Shown piece after piece: positions 9,375 to 17,363 of a DNA stretch of 64,000 nt. Source of the stretch: Planctomycetaceae bacterium (GTDB lineage: Bacteria; Planctomycetota; Planctomycetia; Gemmatales; Gemmataceae); contig PNLP01000018.1 in NCBI GenBank assembly GCA_013823135.1, forward strand, positions 19,541-83,540, given 5' to 3'. The notes beneath the pieces are model-generated. The model ran no database searches. It was not told the origin of the DNA and saw only the letters and a list, made by a program, of their open reading frames with translations. Both the position numbers and the translations under genes were made by a program. Each line of letters begins with the position of its first letter. Within the stretch, counting starts at the first letter, position 1.

Positions 9375-10121
9375 ATGAGCGAGACGTTCCCGCAGTTAGT
9401 GCCTTTAGCCTGGGACAGTGAACATTTTCACTTTCCCGTGGCACGCATTGAGGGCAATGCAAACTCACCCGAGAGTCTCTCGCGGTTGTTGACCGCGGCG
9501 AGAACTTCCGGGGTGCGGCTTGTCTACTGGAACGGGCCGAGTGAAGCGAACTTGCCCGACGAGTTGCTTGGCCGTTTCTCGGGGGCGTTGGTTGATCGTA
9601 AGGTGACACTGACTCGGCCAATTGGCAGTGGGGAACTCCCGCCGTCGGCGAGCCACGCGATTCGGTCGTGGCCCAAAGGCTCGGCTTCCGACTCGCTCGT
9701 GCGGCTGGCGATTGCCTCGGGAGAGCGTTCGCGGTTCCGGGTGGACCCACTCTTCCCCACGGCGATTTTCGAGTCGATGTATGAGCAGTGGATTCAACGC
9801 AGCGCACGCGGCGAGATTGCGGACGCGGTGTTAGTCGCAGTCGAGCCGAACGACCAGCAACCGTTGGGACTCATCACCGTCGCAGTCAAGGAAGGCGTCG
9901 GGCACATTGGCTTGTTAGCTGTGGATGGGAAGGCGCGTGGCTGCGGGTTGGGCACTGCCTTGCTGGCGGCATCACATGCGTTCATGGCGGCACGTGGTTG
10001 CACGGGCGCGAGCGTGGTGACGCAGGGCGACAATGAGCCAGCGCTGCGGTTGTACGGTCGCGCTGGCTACCACCGCTGCACGCTCACCAACGTCTACCAT
10101 TTTTGGCCTATGAACAACTAA
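9375..10121 (+). CDS. wecD: dTDP-fucosamine (4-amino-4,6-dideoxygalactose) N-acetyltransferase, GNAT family
   Basis: Same architecture as E. coli WecD from memory: VPLAWDSEHF.., SRFRVDPLF...QWIQRSARG, GLLAV.GKARG.GLG..L. Lies 12 nt after wecE with a GGGAGG RBS. Confidence 0.7.
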   Translation: MSETFPQLVPLAWDSEHFHFPVARIEGNANSPESLSRLLTAARTSGVRLVYWNGPSEANLPDELLGRFSGALVDRKVTLTRPIGSGELPPSASHAIRSWPKGSASDSLVRLAIASGERSRFRVDPLFPTAIFESMYEQWIQRSARGEIADAVLVAVEPNDQQPLGLITVAVKEGVGHIGLLAVDGKARGCGLGTALLAASHAFMAARGCTGASVVTQGDNEPALRLYGRAGYHRCTLTNVYHFWPMNN

Positions 10122-10132
10122 GGATGGGTGCG

Positions 10133-11092
10133 ATGAGCGTCGAAATTTCTGTCGTCGTCCCCGTCTACCGTTCCGCGGCGACCCTTCCCGACCTCCTGGC
10201 CCGGCTCAAGGCCGTGCTCGGCAAGATGGGCGTCACGCACGAAATCATCCTCGTTGAGGACGGCAGTCCGGACAACGCATGGGATGTCATTTCCGAACTG
10301 CACCGGCAGGATCCTGACGGGTTCATCGCCATCCGCCTGATGAGAAACTACGGCCAGCATAACGCGCTGATGTGCGGTTTCCGACGCTCAACAGGGCGGT
10401 ACGTCGTGACGCTTGACGACGACCTGCAAAACCCGCCGGAAGAGATCCCGACGCTGTACCGAGCCATGCTCGATGGCAATTTCGATTTGATCTACGGCAG
10501 CCCACACGACAAACAGCACGCGAGTTGGCGGAACGCGGGTTCCCGGCTCATCAACCTGTTCTTTCGCACGGTGTTCCGCTCTCCGGTCAACGTCACGTCG
10601 TATCGGATCATTCGGCGTGAACTGGTGCTGAGCACGTTCGGCTACGACTTGAATTTCACGTTCGTTGACGGCTTGCTCGCCTGGAACACGCAGAAGATCG
10701 GTTCGGTCGGCGTCGAGCACCACACCCGCGGGGTCGGGCGTTCCGGCTACTCGTTGACCAAGCTCGCCACGCTTGGCATGAACCTGTTCACCAACTTCTC
10801 CTTGTTGCCGCTGCAAGTAATCTCGGCTTGCGGGGCACTCTGCGCGTGCCTGGGCTTCATGGCAGCCTTTTATTATCTCGTCCAAGCTTTGCTGTCCAAC
10901 ATTACTGTGCCCGGTTACGCCTCATTGATGGTCACACTTCTGATCGTTGGTGGTGTCCAACTTCTGTCGTTGGGCGTCATGGGAGAGTATTTGGGCCGGT
11001 TGCATTTAAACGTTAACCGCAAGCCGCAGTACGTCGAGCGGCAGGTTTTTGAAGCGGGTGAGCGTGCTGACACCGTGAACCGAGCAGCCTGA
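10133..11092 (+). CDS. GT2 polyprenyl-phosphate glycosyltransferase (ArnC/GtrB/DPM1-like), two C-terminal TM helices
   Basis: ISVVVPVYRSA, LVEDGSPD, NYGQHNA, VTLDDDLQNPPEEI (DXD region). The C-terminal hydrophobic pair is typical of ArnC/GtrB enzymes. ATG 10133 has AAGGA 9 nt upstream. Confidence 0.75.
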   Translation: MSVEISVVVPVYRSAATLPDLLARLKAVLGKMGVTHEIILVEDGSPDNAWDVISELHRQDPDGFIAIRLMRNYGQHNALMCGFRRSTGRYVVTLDDDLQNPPEEIPTLYRAMLDGNFDLIYGSPHDKQHASWRNAGSRLINLFFRTVFRSPVNVTSYRIIRRELVLSTFGYDLNFTFVDGLLAWNTQKIGSVGVEHHTRGVGRSGYSLTKLATLGMNLFTNFSLLPLQVISACGALCACLGFMAAFYYLVQALLSNITVPGYASLMVTLLIVGGVQLLSLGVMGEYLGRLHLNVNRKPQYVERQVFEAGERADTVNRAA

Positions 11093-11136
11093 ACAGGCAC
11101 CTGTCGGACAATGGAATTCGTGCCATCACTCACGAC

Positions 11137-13431
11137 TTGCAACCGAACACCAACCTGGAGAATGCGTTGTCCACTCCCCCTGAACCATCGGGCCAGTCTT
11201 CTTCGAAAACCTCTCCGGGCGGCGGACTGTGGCGCTGGTTAACATCGACGTTGCTCCGAAGTTCCACTGACACGGAGCCGACCGGCGAAGCCCGGCCGAA
11301 CGCGAGGCGGTTCGACTACGCAGTTCAACGGCTGACGTCGCCAGTTGTCCGATGTTTCATCCTCGCGGTGGTCGTGACTGGCTTGCTAACCGTGTTGGGG
11401 ACATCCATCCTCAACAACTACCATGCCCGAGCGCACCACCACTTCGACTCAGCCTCCTACCGTTACAGCGCCATCCTCCTGTACTACAACTCCGTCGGGC
11501 AACGCTGGACCTCCATCGTTTCGTTGCTGCAACAAAAAGACTCGTTGGACCTGGTCGTTCGACTGTTGCTCTACCCGAAGTCCCTCACGAAGTTCCACGG
11601 GCACCTGGCTGTGCAGGTGCCTCTGATGACGTTGTTTTGTTCCCTGGCACTTTGGTACACGTACAAGCGAACAGGAACGTTCGTGTACGGCGTTGCTGCA
11701 CTCTCATGCATTGCCTTGTTCGGGACTGTGTACCACCCCGTGCAAGGCTTGATGGACTACTGGAAGGACAACCTTGCGGTGTGGCTGCTGGGGAGCGCGT
11801 TGCTCAGTTGGTACCTCTCCGAGGGCGCTACTCGTCGCGGGTGGGGATTCCTCTGCGGCGTCATGCTGAGCATGTTGGCGCTTCAACGAGTTGTGGTGGC
11901 CTTCTACGGGACCGCGATTTTTTTGCCGTTGATTGCCGTGGCCCTGGTTCAGAGATACCGCGACGGAACCTGGCGTAGACTTGTAGGCGATGCGTTGGCG
12001 TTCGGGATCGTGCCACTCGTTGTGGCTTCGTTCTTGGTTTTGACCCAGGCAAAGGGAATCATCCATTACTACGGAGTTGCTGGCTACGATTACGCCCCTC
12101 CAAGTGCGATCGCTGACTACCTGTGGAATCACCCGTTCGCGACGCGATCCGCATTCCGTTACGGCCTGTTGGCGTTCCTCGTCCTCCCCGCGATCGTTCA
12201 AGTCACAAGCAGTACTGGGCGTGCGGGCTACCTGGTCTCTGCCTTCTGGCCAATCTTTGCCTTTCTCGCCCTCGTGATTGCCACCAAGGCCAAGTATCAC
12301 AGTTTCAGTGCCGTCTTGTTGGTCCTCACCGTGACGGCGGTCTGCCGCCTCGTCCCTTCACACCTGTCCGCTTCATCGATTCAAAAGTTGGCGTTGACTT
12401 TGATTTCCGTCGCCATCATTGGTGGAGTCGCTCAGGTCCGGTACTACAGCGCTCAGACCGAACAGTATGTCGAGAGGAACGCCCACTATCGGAAACTCTT
12501 CCGAGAACTTGGCGACATTGTGGCTAAACGACCTGCCGGGACCGGCGTGGGGTTCTTCTTCGATGAGGCTTTCGCACTCGTCGAACTGCAACTTTACTTC
12601 GACCGGGGGAATCGCCCGAGTCCCAGAACTCTTCGCTATTTCTCGTCGGTCCACCCAAGCTATTATCGGGCGTCATTTGGTGACACCCCACCGGAGGAAA
12701 TTGCCGAATCACTCATCGCTAAGATGGAGAAGGACGTCGGGATGGTCGCGGTCGTCCCCTCGCAGATCGAAGATTTCGCACGCCGAGTTCAACTTCTGCC
12801 GGGAGTCCCTGGGGTACCGGTTCCCGTTCAGGTGAATGGCCGGATTCTGCGGCACATTCAGGCGAGTCCGCTCTGGCGTGCGACTCATTACCTGACCTCA
12901 GAAGTCTATGGCCCGTTGCTCGTGTTTCAGTTGTCCGCAACGCCTCTCTCCCAGGAGGAAAAGTGGGGGTCGCTGAACTACCAGACGCCCATCGTGGGAT
13001 TGAATCTTGTGACTGCCGTCGCGCCAGGAGTGCGTCAGTTGGGTTATTCGTCTCCCGTGTCATGCCCGCCACGCTGGCTCAACGGTGTCAGCTATCAAGG
13101 AATCGGGGCAGGTGATCGGGTTGCTTTCTCGCTCCTGACAGATCGCTCGACGGAGGTGATGCTTCGTGCTGGTGTGAAGCCGGGTTCCACCAAGGCCGGC
13201 ACACACTGTTCGGTCGTGGTCCGCCACGCCGGAACGGACCAGCGGTTTCATTTCTCAGGCGAAGGCGAACTCACCGTGCCCCTGCAACTGCAACCCGGTC
13301 TGAACGAGGTTGAGATTCGGTCTGCTGACCAGGCTGATGTGCCTCCGCCAACCGGGGAGGCGCGGCCCCCGATATTTGAGTTATGTTCCCCACACCTGCT
13401 ACCCGTGGGAACTGACGCGAAGGGCAAATAG
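11137..13431 (+). CDS. large polytopic membrane protein, GT-C-like candidate, with ~270-aa C-terminal soluble domain
   Basis: About a dozen hydrophobic segments over ~450 aa, then a soluble tail. Position directly after a GtrB/ArnC-like GT2 mirrors ArnT/GtrC partners. The start is uncertain (TTG 11137 or TTG near 11246; no early ATG). Confidence 0.5.
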   Translation: MQPNTNLENALSTPPEPSGQSSSKTSPGGGLWRWLTSTLLRSSTDTEPTGEARPNARRFDYAVQRLTSPVVRCFILAVVVTGLLTVLGTSILNNYHARAHHHFDSASYRYSAILLYYNSVGQRWTSIVSLLQQKDSLDLVVRLLLYPKSLTKFHGHLAVQVPLMTLFCSLALWYTYKRTGTFVYGVAALSCIALFGTVYHPVQGLMDYWKDNLAVWLLGSALLSWYLSEGATRRGWGFLCGVMLSMLALQRVVVAFYGTAIFLPLIAVALVQRYRDGTWRRLVGDALAFGIVPLVVASFLVLTQAKGIIHYYGVAGYDYAPPSAIADYLWNHPFATRSAFRYGLLAFLVLPAIVQVTSSTGRAGYLVSAFWPIFAFLALVIATKAKYHSFSAVLLVLTVTAVCRLVPSHLSASSIQKLALTLISVAIIGGVAQVRYYSAQTEQYVERNAHYRKLFRELGDIVAKRPAGTGVGFFFDEAFALVELQLYFDRGNRPSPRTLRYFSSVHPSYYRASFGDTPPEEIAESLIAKMEKDVGMVAVVPSQIEDFARRVQLLPGVPGVPVPVQVNGRILRHIQASPLWRATHYLTSEVYGPLLVFQLSATPLSQEEKWGSLNYQTPIVGLNLVTAVAPGVRQLGYSSPVSCPPRWLNGVSYQGIGAGDRVAFSLLTDRSTEVMLRAGVKPGSTKAGTHCSVVVRHAGTDQRFHFSGEGELTVPLQLQPGLNEVEIRSADQADVPPPTGEARPPIFELCSPHLLPVGTDAKGK

Positions 13432-13439
13432 TGACAGTC

Positions 13440-13470
13440 AAGGTTGGCGACCATATCGGTCGCCAACCTT
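13440..13470 (+). terminator. hairpin terminator candidate after the GT-C-like gene
   Basis: Perfect 13-bp stem aaggttggcgacc/ggtcgccaacctt with a 5-nt loop, starting 9 nt after the TAG and followed by ttt. Confidence 0.55.
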
Positions 13471-13709
13471 TGGCACGCGGCACATCTGCATAGCCTTGAA
13501 AGCACGAGGCTCCTCGTCGAACCAATCGCCCCGCACCGACGCGAAACCACTTCTATCGGACACCGCACACCCGATTCCACTGGCATAACCGGCCTCTTCA
13601 ACACGTGGTTGGCCTGGTCCTGCACGTCATTTACTCGCACCCAATCTGCCGACGGCGTAAAATCGGCATACTGGGCAAACTGCGACGACGACACCACGAG
13701 GCTCCACCC

Positions 13710-16700
13710 GTGAGATCCCCATCACGTCCGGGACACCGTCCGGCATTCCTGCTGCTTACCGCGTTGATGTTCGCCTTTCCGACCACCGGGCGAACCGATG
13801 AGATCGATGACATCCGGAAAGAAATTGCCGACGTCGAGAAGCAGATCCTCGCTCTCGGAAAGAAACTCGAGGAGCTGAAGCACCTCGCCGCTCACCCGCC
13901 CGTTCCGGGGTCCGTGCCCGCCACCGTCGTCACGAAACTAAACTGGCGGTGCGTCGGGCCGGCGAACATGAGCGGTCGCATCACGGCGATCTCCGTGGTC
14001 GAAAGCGATCCCTCGACTTACTACGTGGCCACCGCGTCGGGCGGGTTGCTCAAGACAGTCAACAACGGCATCTCCTTCACCCACCAGTTCGACCACGAAG
14101 CAACCGTTTCCATTGGCGATGTTGAGGTCGCGCCGTCGGACCCGAACATCGTCTGGGTGGGCACCGGCGAGAACAACCCGCGGAACTCAGTGTCCTACGG
14201 CGACGGTGTGTACAAGAGCACCGACGCCGGCAAGACCTGGAAGAACATGGGGCTGAAGCAGTCGTTCCAGATCGGCAAGATCGTCGTTCACCCCAAGGAC
14301 GCGAACACGGTCTACGTCGGTGCCCTTGGCCGACTCTACGGTGCAAACGACGAACGCGGACTGTTCAAGACCGAGGACGGCGGGAAGACGTGGAAGAAGG
14401 TTCTGTACGTGGACGACAAGACCGGCGTGATCGACTTCCGGCTCGACCCGTTCGACCCGAACACGCTGCTCGTCGGCATGTGGGAACGGAAGCGAGACGG
14501 CTTCGACGGCGTCTTCGGCGACTCGAAGGAATGGCCCAGCCCCGACCAGTACGGGCCGGAGATCACCTACGGCGCGGGCGGCGGGTTGTTCAAGAGCACG
14601 GACGCCGGCAAGACCTGGAAGAAACTCACCGACGCGAAGCTCGCGAACGGCCTGCCGACCGTGAAGACCGGGCGTATTGGCGTGGACTTCTCGCGCAAGA
14701 CCAAGGGACTGGTGTTCGCGATCATCGACACCGAGAACGTCGGCAAGGGTCGAGCGCCACTGAGCGTGTACATGGGGATTTCGAGCGACACGAACAAGGG
14801 CGGCGGGGTGAAGATCGAATCGGTCACCGAGGACGGTTCTGCTGGCAAGGCGGGCATCAAAGATGGCGACATCATCACCGCGTTCGATGACACGAAGATC
14901 GCGGACTACGACACGATGATCGACTTCATGTCGAAGAAGAAGCCCGACGACGTGGTCAAGTTCACGGTGAAGCGTGGCGACAAGGAACTGACCATCGACG
15001 TGAAACTGATCGCGAAGCCCGTGAGCGACCGGCCCGCACAGCCACCGTCACTGGGCGTTCAACTCGTTCCCGGCGGACTCGCAGTCGGGATGGTTCTCCC
15101 CGATGGGCCAGCTGCGAAGGCCGGCATCAAGAGCGGCGACATCATCACGACCGTCGCTGGCACAAAGATATCCGATGCCAAGGAACTCGCCATGGTACGC
15201 GGCAAGTTCAAGGCCGGTGAGAAGGTGAAAGTCGGCGTCACCCGCGAAGGGAAAGCGATGGAGTTTGAGGTTGCGTTCGCCGTTAATCCGAAAGGCACGA
15301 ATCCCGCACTGCGGCCATTCCAGCTTCAGCCGGTGGTCGGCGGGCAGCAGCCGAACGTGCAGAAGGACCAGGGGAAGGACGGCTACCAAACCGGCGGCGT
15401 GTTCATGAGCAAGGACGACGGCGAAACGTGGACCCGCGTGAACAGCCTGAACCCCCGGCCGTTCTACTACGCACAGGTGCGGTGCGATCCGAACGACGAG
15501 AAGGTCGTGTACGTGCTCGGCGACCTGCAACTGTGGCGGAGCGCCGACAGCGGGGCAAAGTTCGCCAGTTCACCGGTTCGCGGCGTTCACCCGGACCACC
15601 ACGCGTTGTGGATCGACCCGAAAGATAGCCGTCACATGATCCTCGGGAACGACGGCGGCTTCTACGTCACCTACGATCGCGGGGAAGTGTGGGACCACCA
15701 CAACAACTTCGCGATCGGGCAGTTCTACCACGTCAGCGTGGACAACAAGAAGCCTTACAACATCTACGGCGGCTTGCAGGATAACGGAAGCTGGGGCGGG
15801 CCGAGCCAGACCCTTCGCGGCGTCGGTCCCACGAACGACGACTGGCTGTTCCTCAACGGTGGCGACGGCTTCGTGATGCGAGTCGATTCGGCCGATCCTG
15901 AGATCGTGTATGCCGAGAGCCAGAACGGCGGCATGAACTGGCGGAACCTTCGCACCGGGGAGAGTCGCGGCATCGGCCGCGGTTCGGTGAAGCCAGGCGA
16001 GCCGCTGCGGTACAACTGGAACACGCCGTTCATCCTGTCGAGCCACAACCCCAACATCTTCTACTGCGGCTCGCAGTACGTGTGCCGCTCCATCATGCGG
16101 GGTGCCGATCTCAAGGCGATCAGCCCGGACATGACCGCGTCGAAGAAGGGGACGCTCACCGCGATTGCTGAAAGCCCCAAGAATGCGGATGTGCTCTGGG
16201 CCGGCACCGACGACGGCAACGTGTGGATCACTCGCGACGGCGGCACCAAGTGGGAGAACGTCCTCGACAAGCTCAAGGCCGCAGGTTTAGCTGGCCCACG
16301 CTGGGTGGCGACCATCGAACCGAGCAAGGCGGTCGAAGGCCGCTGCTACGTCTGCCTCGACGCCCACCGCTCAAACGATGATAAGCCCTACGTGTACGTG
16401 ACCGAGGATTTCGGCGCAACGTGGAAGTCGATCACCGGTAACCTGCCGCCGTTCGGTTCCACCCGCATGGTCCGGGAAGACATCACCAACCCGAACGTGC
16501 TGTATTGCGGCACCGAGTTCGGCATCTGGGTTTCTCTCAACCGCGGCGCGGCATGGGCGAACATCAATAACAACCTGCCGACCGTAGCGGTTCACGAAGT
16601 CGCGCAGCCGACGACCGCGAGCGAGATCGTCGTCGGCACGCACGGACGCAGCGTGTGGATTCTGGACGTGGCGAGCATCCGGCAAATGACCGTGCGAACC

Positions 16701-17204
16701 GAGATCGTGGGGAAGGATGAAAAGAGCATCGACCCGCTGAAGGAACCGGTCACGCTGTTCGCCCCGCCGACCGCAACGCGGTGGAAGCTGGAGGCGGGCC
16801 GCGAGTCGCCGTACACGAAGGACGTGCGGAAGTTCTACGGCACGAACCCCGTGCTGGGGACCGCGTTCGAGTACATGCTGACGAAGCCCGCGAAAGCCGT
16901 GTCACTGAAGGTAACCGACGCACTGGGAAACGTCGTCCGCGAGTTCCGCACGGCCCCTGGCGACGTCGGTTTCCACCGCTTGCAGTGGAACCTGAGCGGA
17001 CCGAAGGGAACCGTGCCGTCGGGTGCGTACCGCGTGACGCTCGCCGTGGACGGCAAGGAGTTCAACCGCCTGCTAACCGTGGAGAACGACGCGAAGGCTG
17101 ATCCGAAGGCGATCATCTCATTCGATATCAAACGCCGTCGCTTCGAGGAAAAGCAGGAGGACTTCGAGAACAACCCGTTCGTTGTGCCAATCAAGGAGGA
17201 TTGA
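13710..17204 (+). CDS. secreted sortilin/VPS10-type BNR (Asp-box) repeat protein with two inserted PDZ domains
   Basis: GTG 13710 gives the signal-like RPAFLLLTALMFAFPTTG. Repeated S.D.G.TW Asp-boxes (STDAGKTWK, TEDGGKTWK, SKDDGETW, TRDGGTKWE, EDFGATWK). Two PDZ-like blocks (GVKIESVTEDGSAGKAGIKDGDIITAFD; GMVLPDGPAAKAGIKSGDIITTVAG). Confidence 0.75.
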   Translation: MRSPSRPGHRPAFLLLTALMFAFPTTGRTDEIDDIRKEIADVEKQILALGKKLEELKHLAAHPPVPGSVPATVVTKLNWRCVGPANMSGRITAISVVESDPSTYYVATASGGLLKTVNNGISFTHQFDHEATVSIGDVEVAPSDPNIVWVGTGENNPRNSVSYGDGVYKSTDAGKTWKNMGLKQSFQIGKIVVHPKDANTVYVGALGRLYGANDERGLFKTEDGGKTWKKVLYVDDKTGVIDFRLDPFDPNTLLVGMWERKRDGFDGVFGDSKEWPSPDQYGPEITYGAGGGLFKSTDAGKTWKKLTDAKLANGLPTVKTGRIGVDFSRKTKGLVFAIIDTENVGKGRAPLSVYMGISSDTNKGGGVKIESVTEDGSAGKAGIKDGDIITAFDDTKIADYDTMIDFMSKKKPDDVVKFTVKRGDKELTIDVKLIAKPVSDRPAQPPSLGVQLVPGGLAVGMVLPDGPAAKAGIKSGDIITTVAGTKISDAKELAMVRGKFKAGEKVKVGVTREGKAMEFEVAFAVNPKGTNPALRPFQLQPVVGGQQPNVQKDQGKDGYQTGGVFMSKDDGETWTRVNSLNPRPFYYAQVRCDPNDEKVVYVLGDLQLWRSADSGAKFASSPVRGVHPDHHALWIDPKDSRHMILGNDGGFYVTYDRGEVWDHHNNFAIGQFYHVSVDNKKPYNIYGGLQDNGSWGGPSQTLRGVGPTNDDWLFLNGGDGFVMRVDSADPEIVYAESQNGGMNWRNLRTGESRGIGRGSVKPGEPLRYNWNTPFILSSHNPNIFYCGSQYVCRSIMRGADLKAISPDMTASKKGTLTAIAESPKNADVLWAGTDDGNVWITRDGGTKWENVLDKLKAAGLAGPRWVATIEPSKAVEGRCYVCLDAHRSNDDKPYVYVTEDFGATWKSITGNLPPFGSTRMVREDITNPNVLYCGTEFGIWVSLNRGAAWANINNNLPTVAVHEVAQPTTASEIVVGTHGRSVWILDVASIRQMTVRTEIVGKDEKSIDPLKEPVTLFAPPTATRWKLEAGRESPYTKDVRKFYGTNPVLGTAFEYMLTKPAKAVSLKVTDALGNVVREFRTAPGDVGFHRLQWNLSGPKGTVPSGAYRVTLAVDGKEFNRLLTVENDAKADPKAIISFDIKRRRFEEKQEDFENNPFVVPIKED

Positions 17205-17212
17205 CGATTAAT

Positions 17213-17273
17213 GTCCGAGCCCGAGCGTCCGCGTGGAACAAGGCTTGTTCCTCGCGAAAGCTCGGGCTCGGAC
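17213..17273 (+). terminator. long compound hairpin after the BNR/PDZ gene
   Basis: Perfect 14-bp outer stem gtccgagcccgagc/gctcgggctcggac enclosing cgcg and ggaacaa/ttgttcc pairings. Starts 9 nt after the stop. No U-tract. Confidence 0.45.
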
Positions 17274-17363
17274 CACTGCTAAACTCTCGCTGCCTCTTGC
17301 CCATCGCTGTCAGTGCGGTCACACTATCCTCGCACCCCTTCCCATTCGCAAGGATACCCCGCA

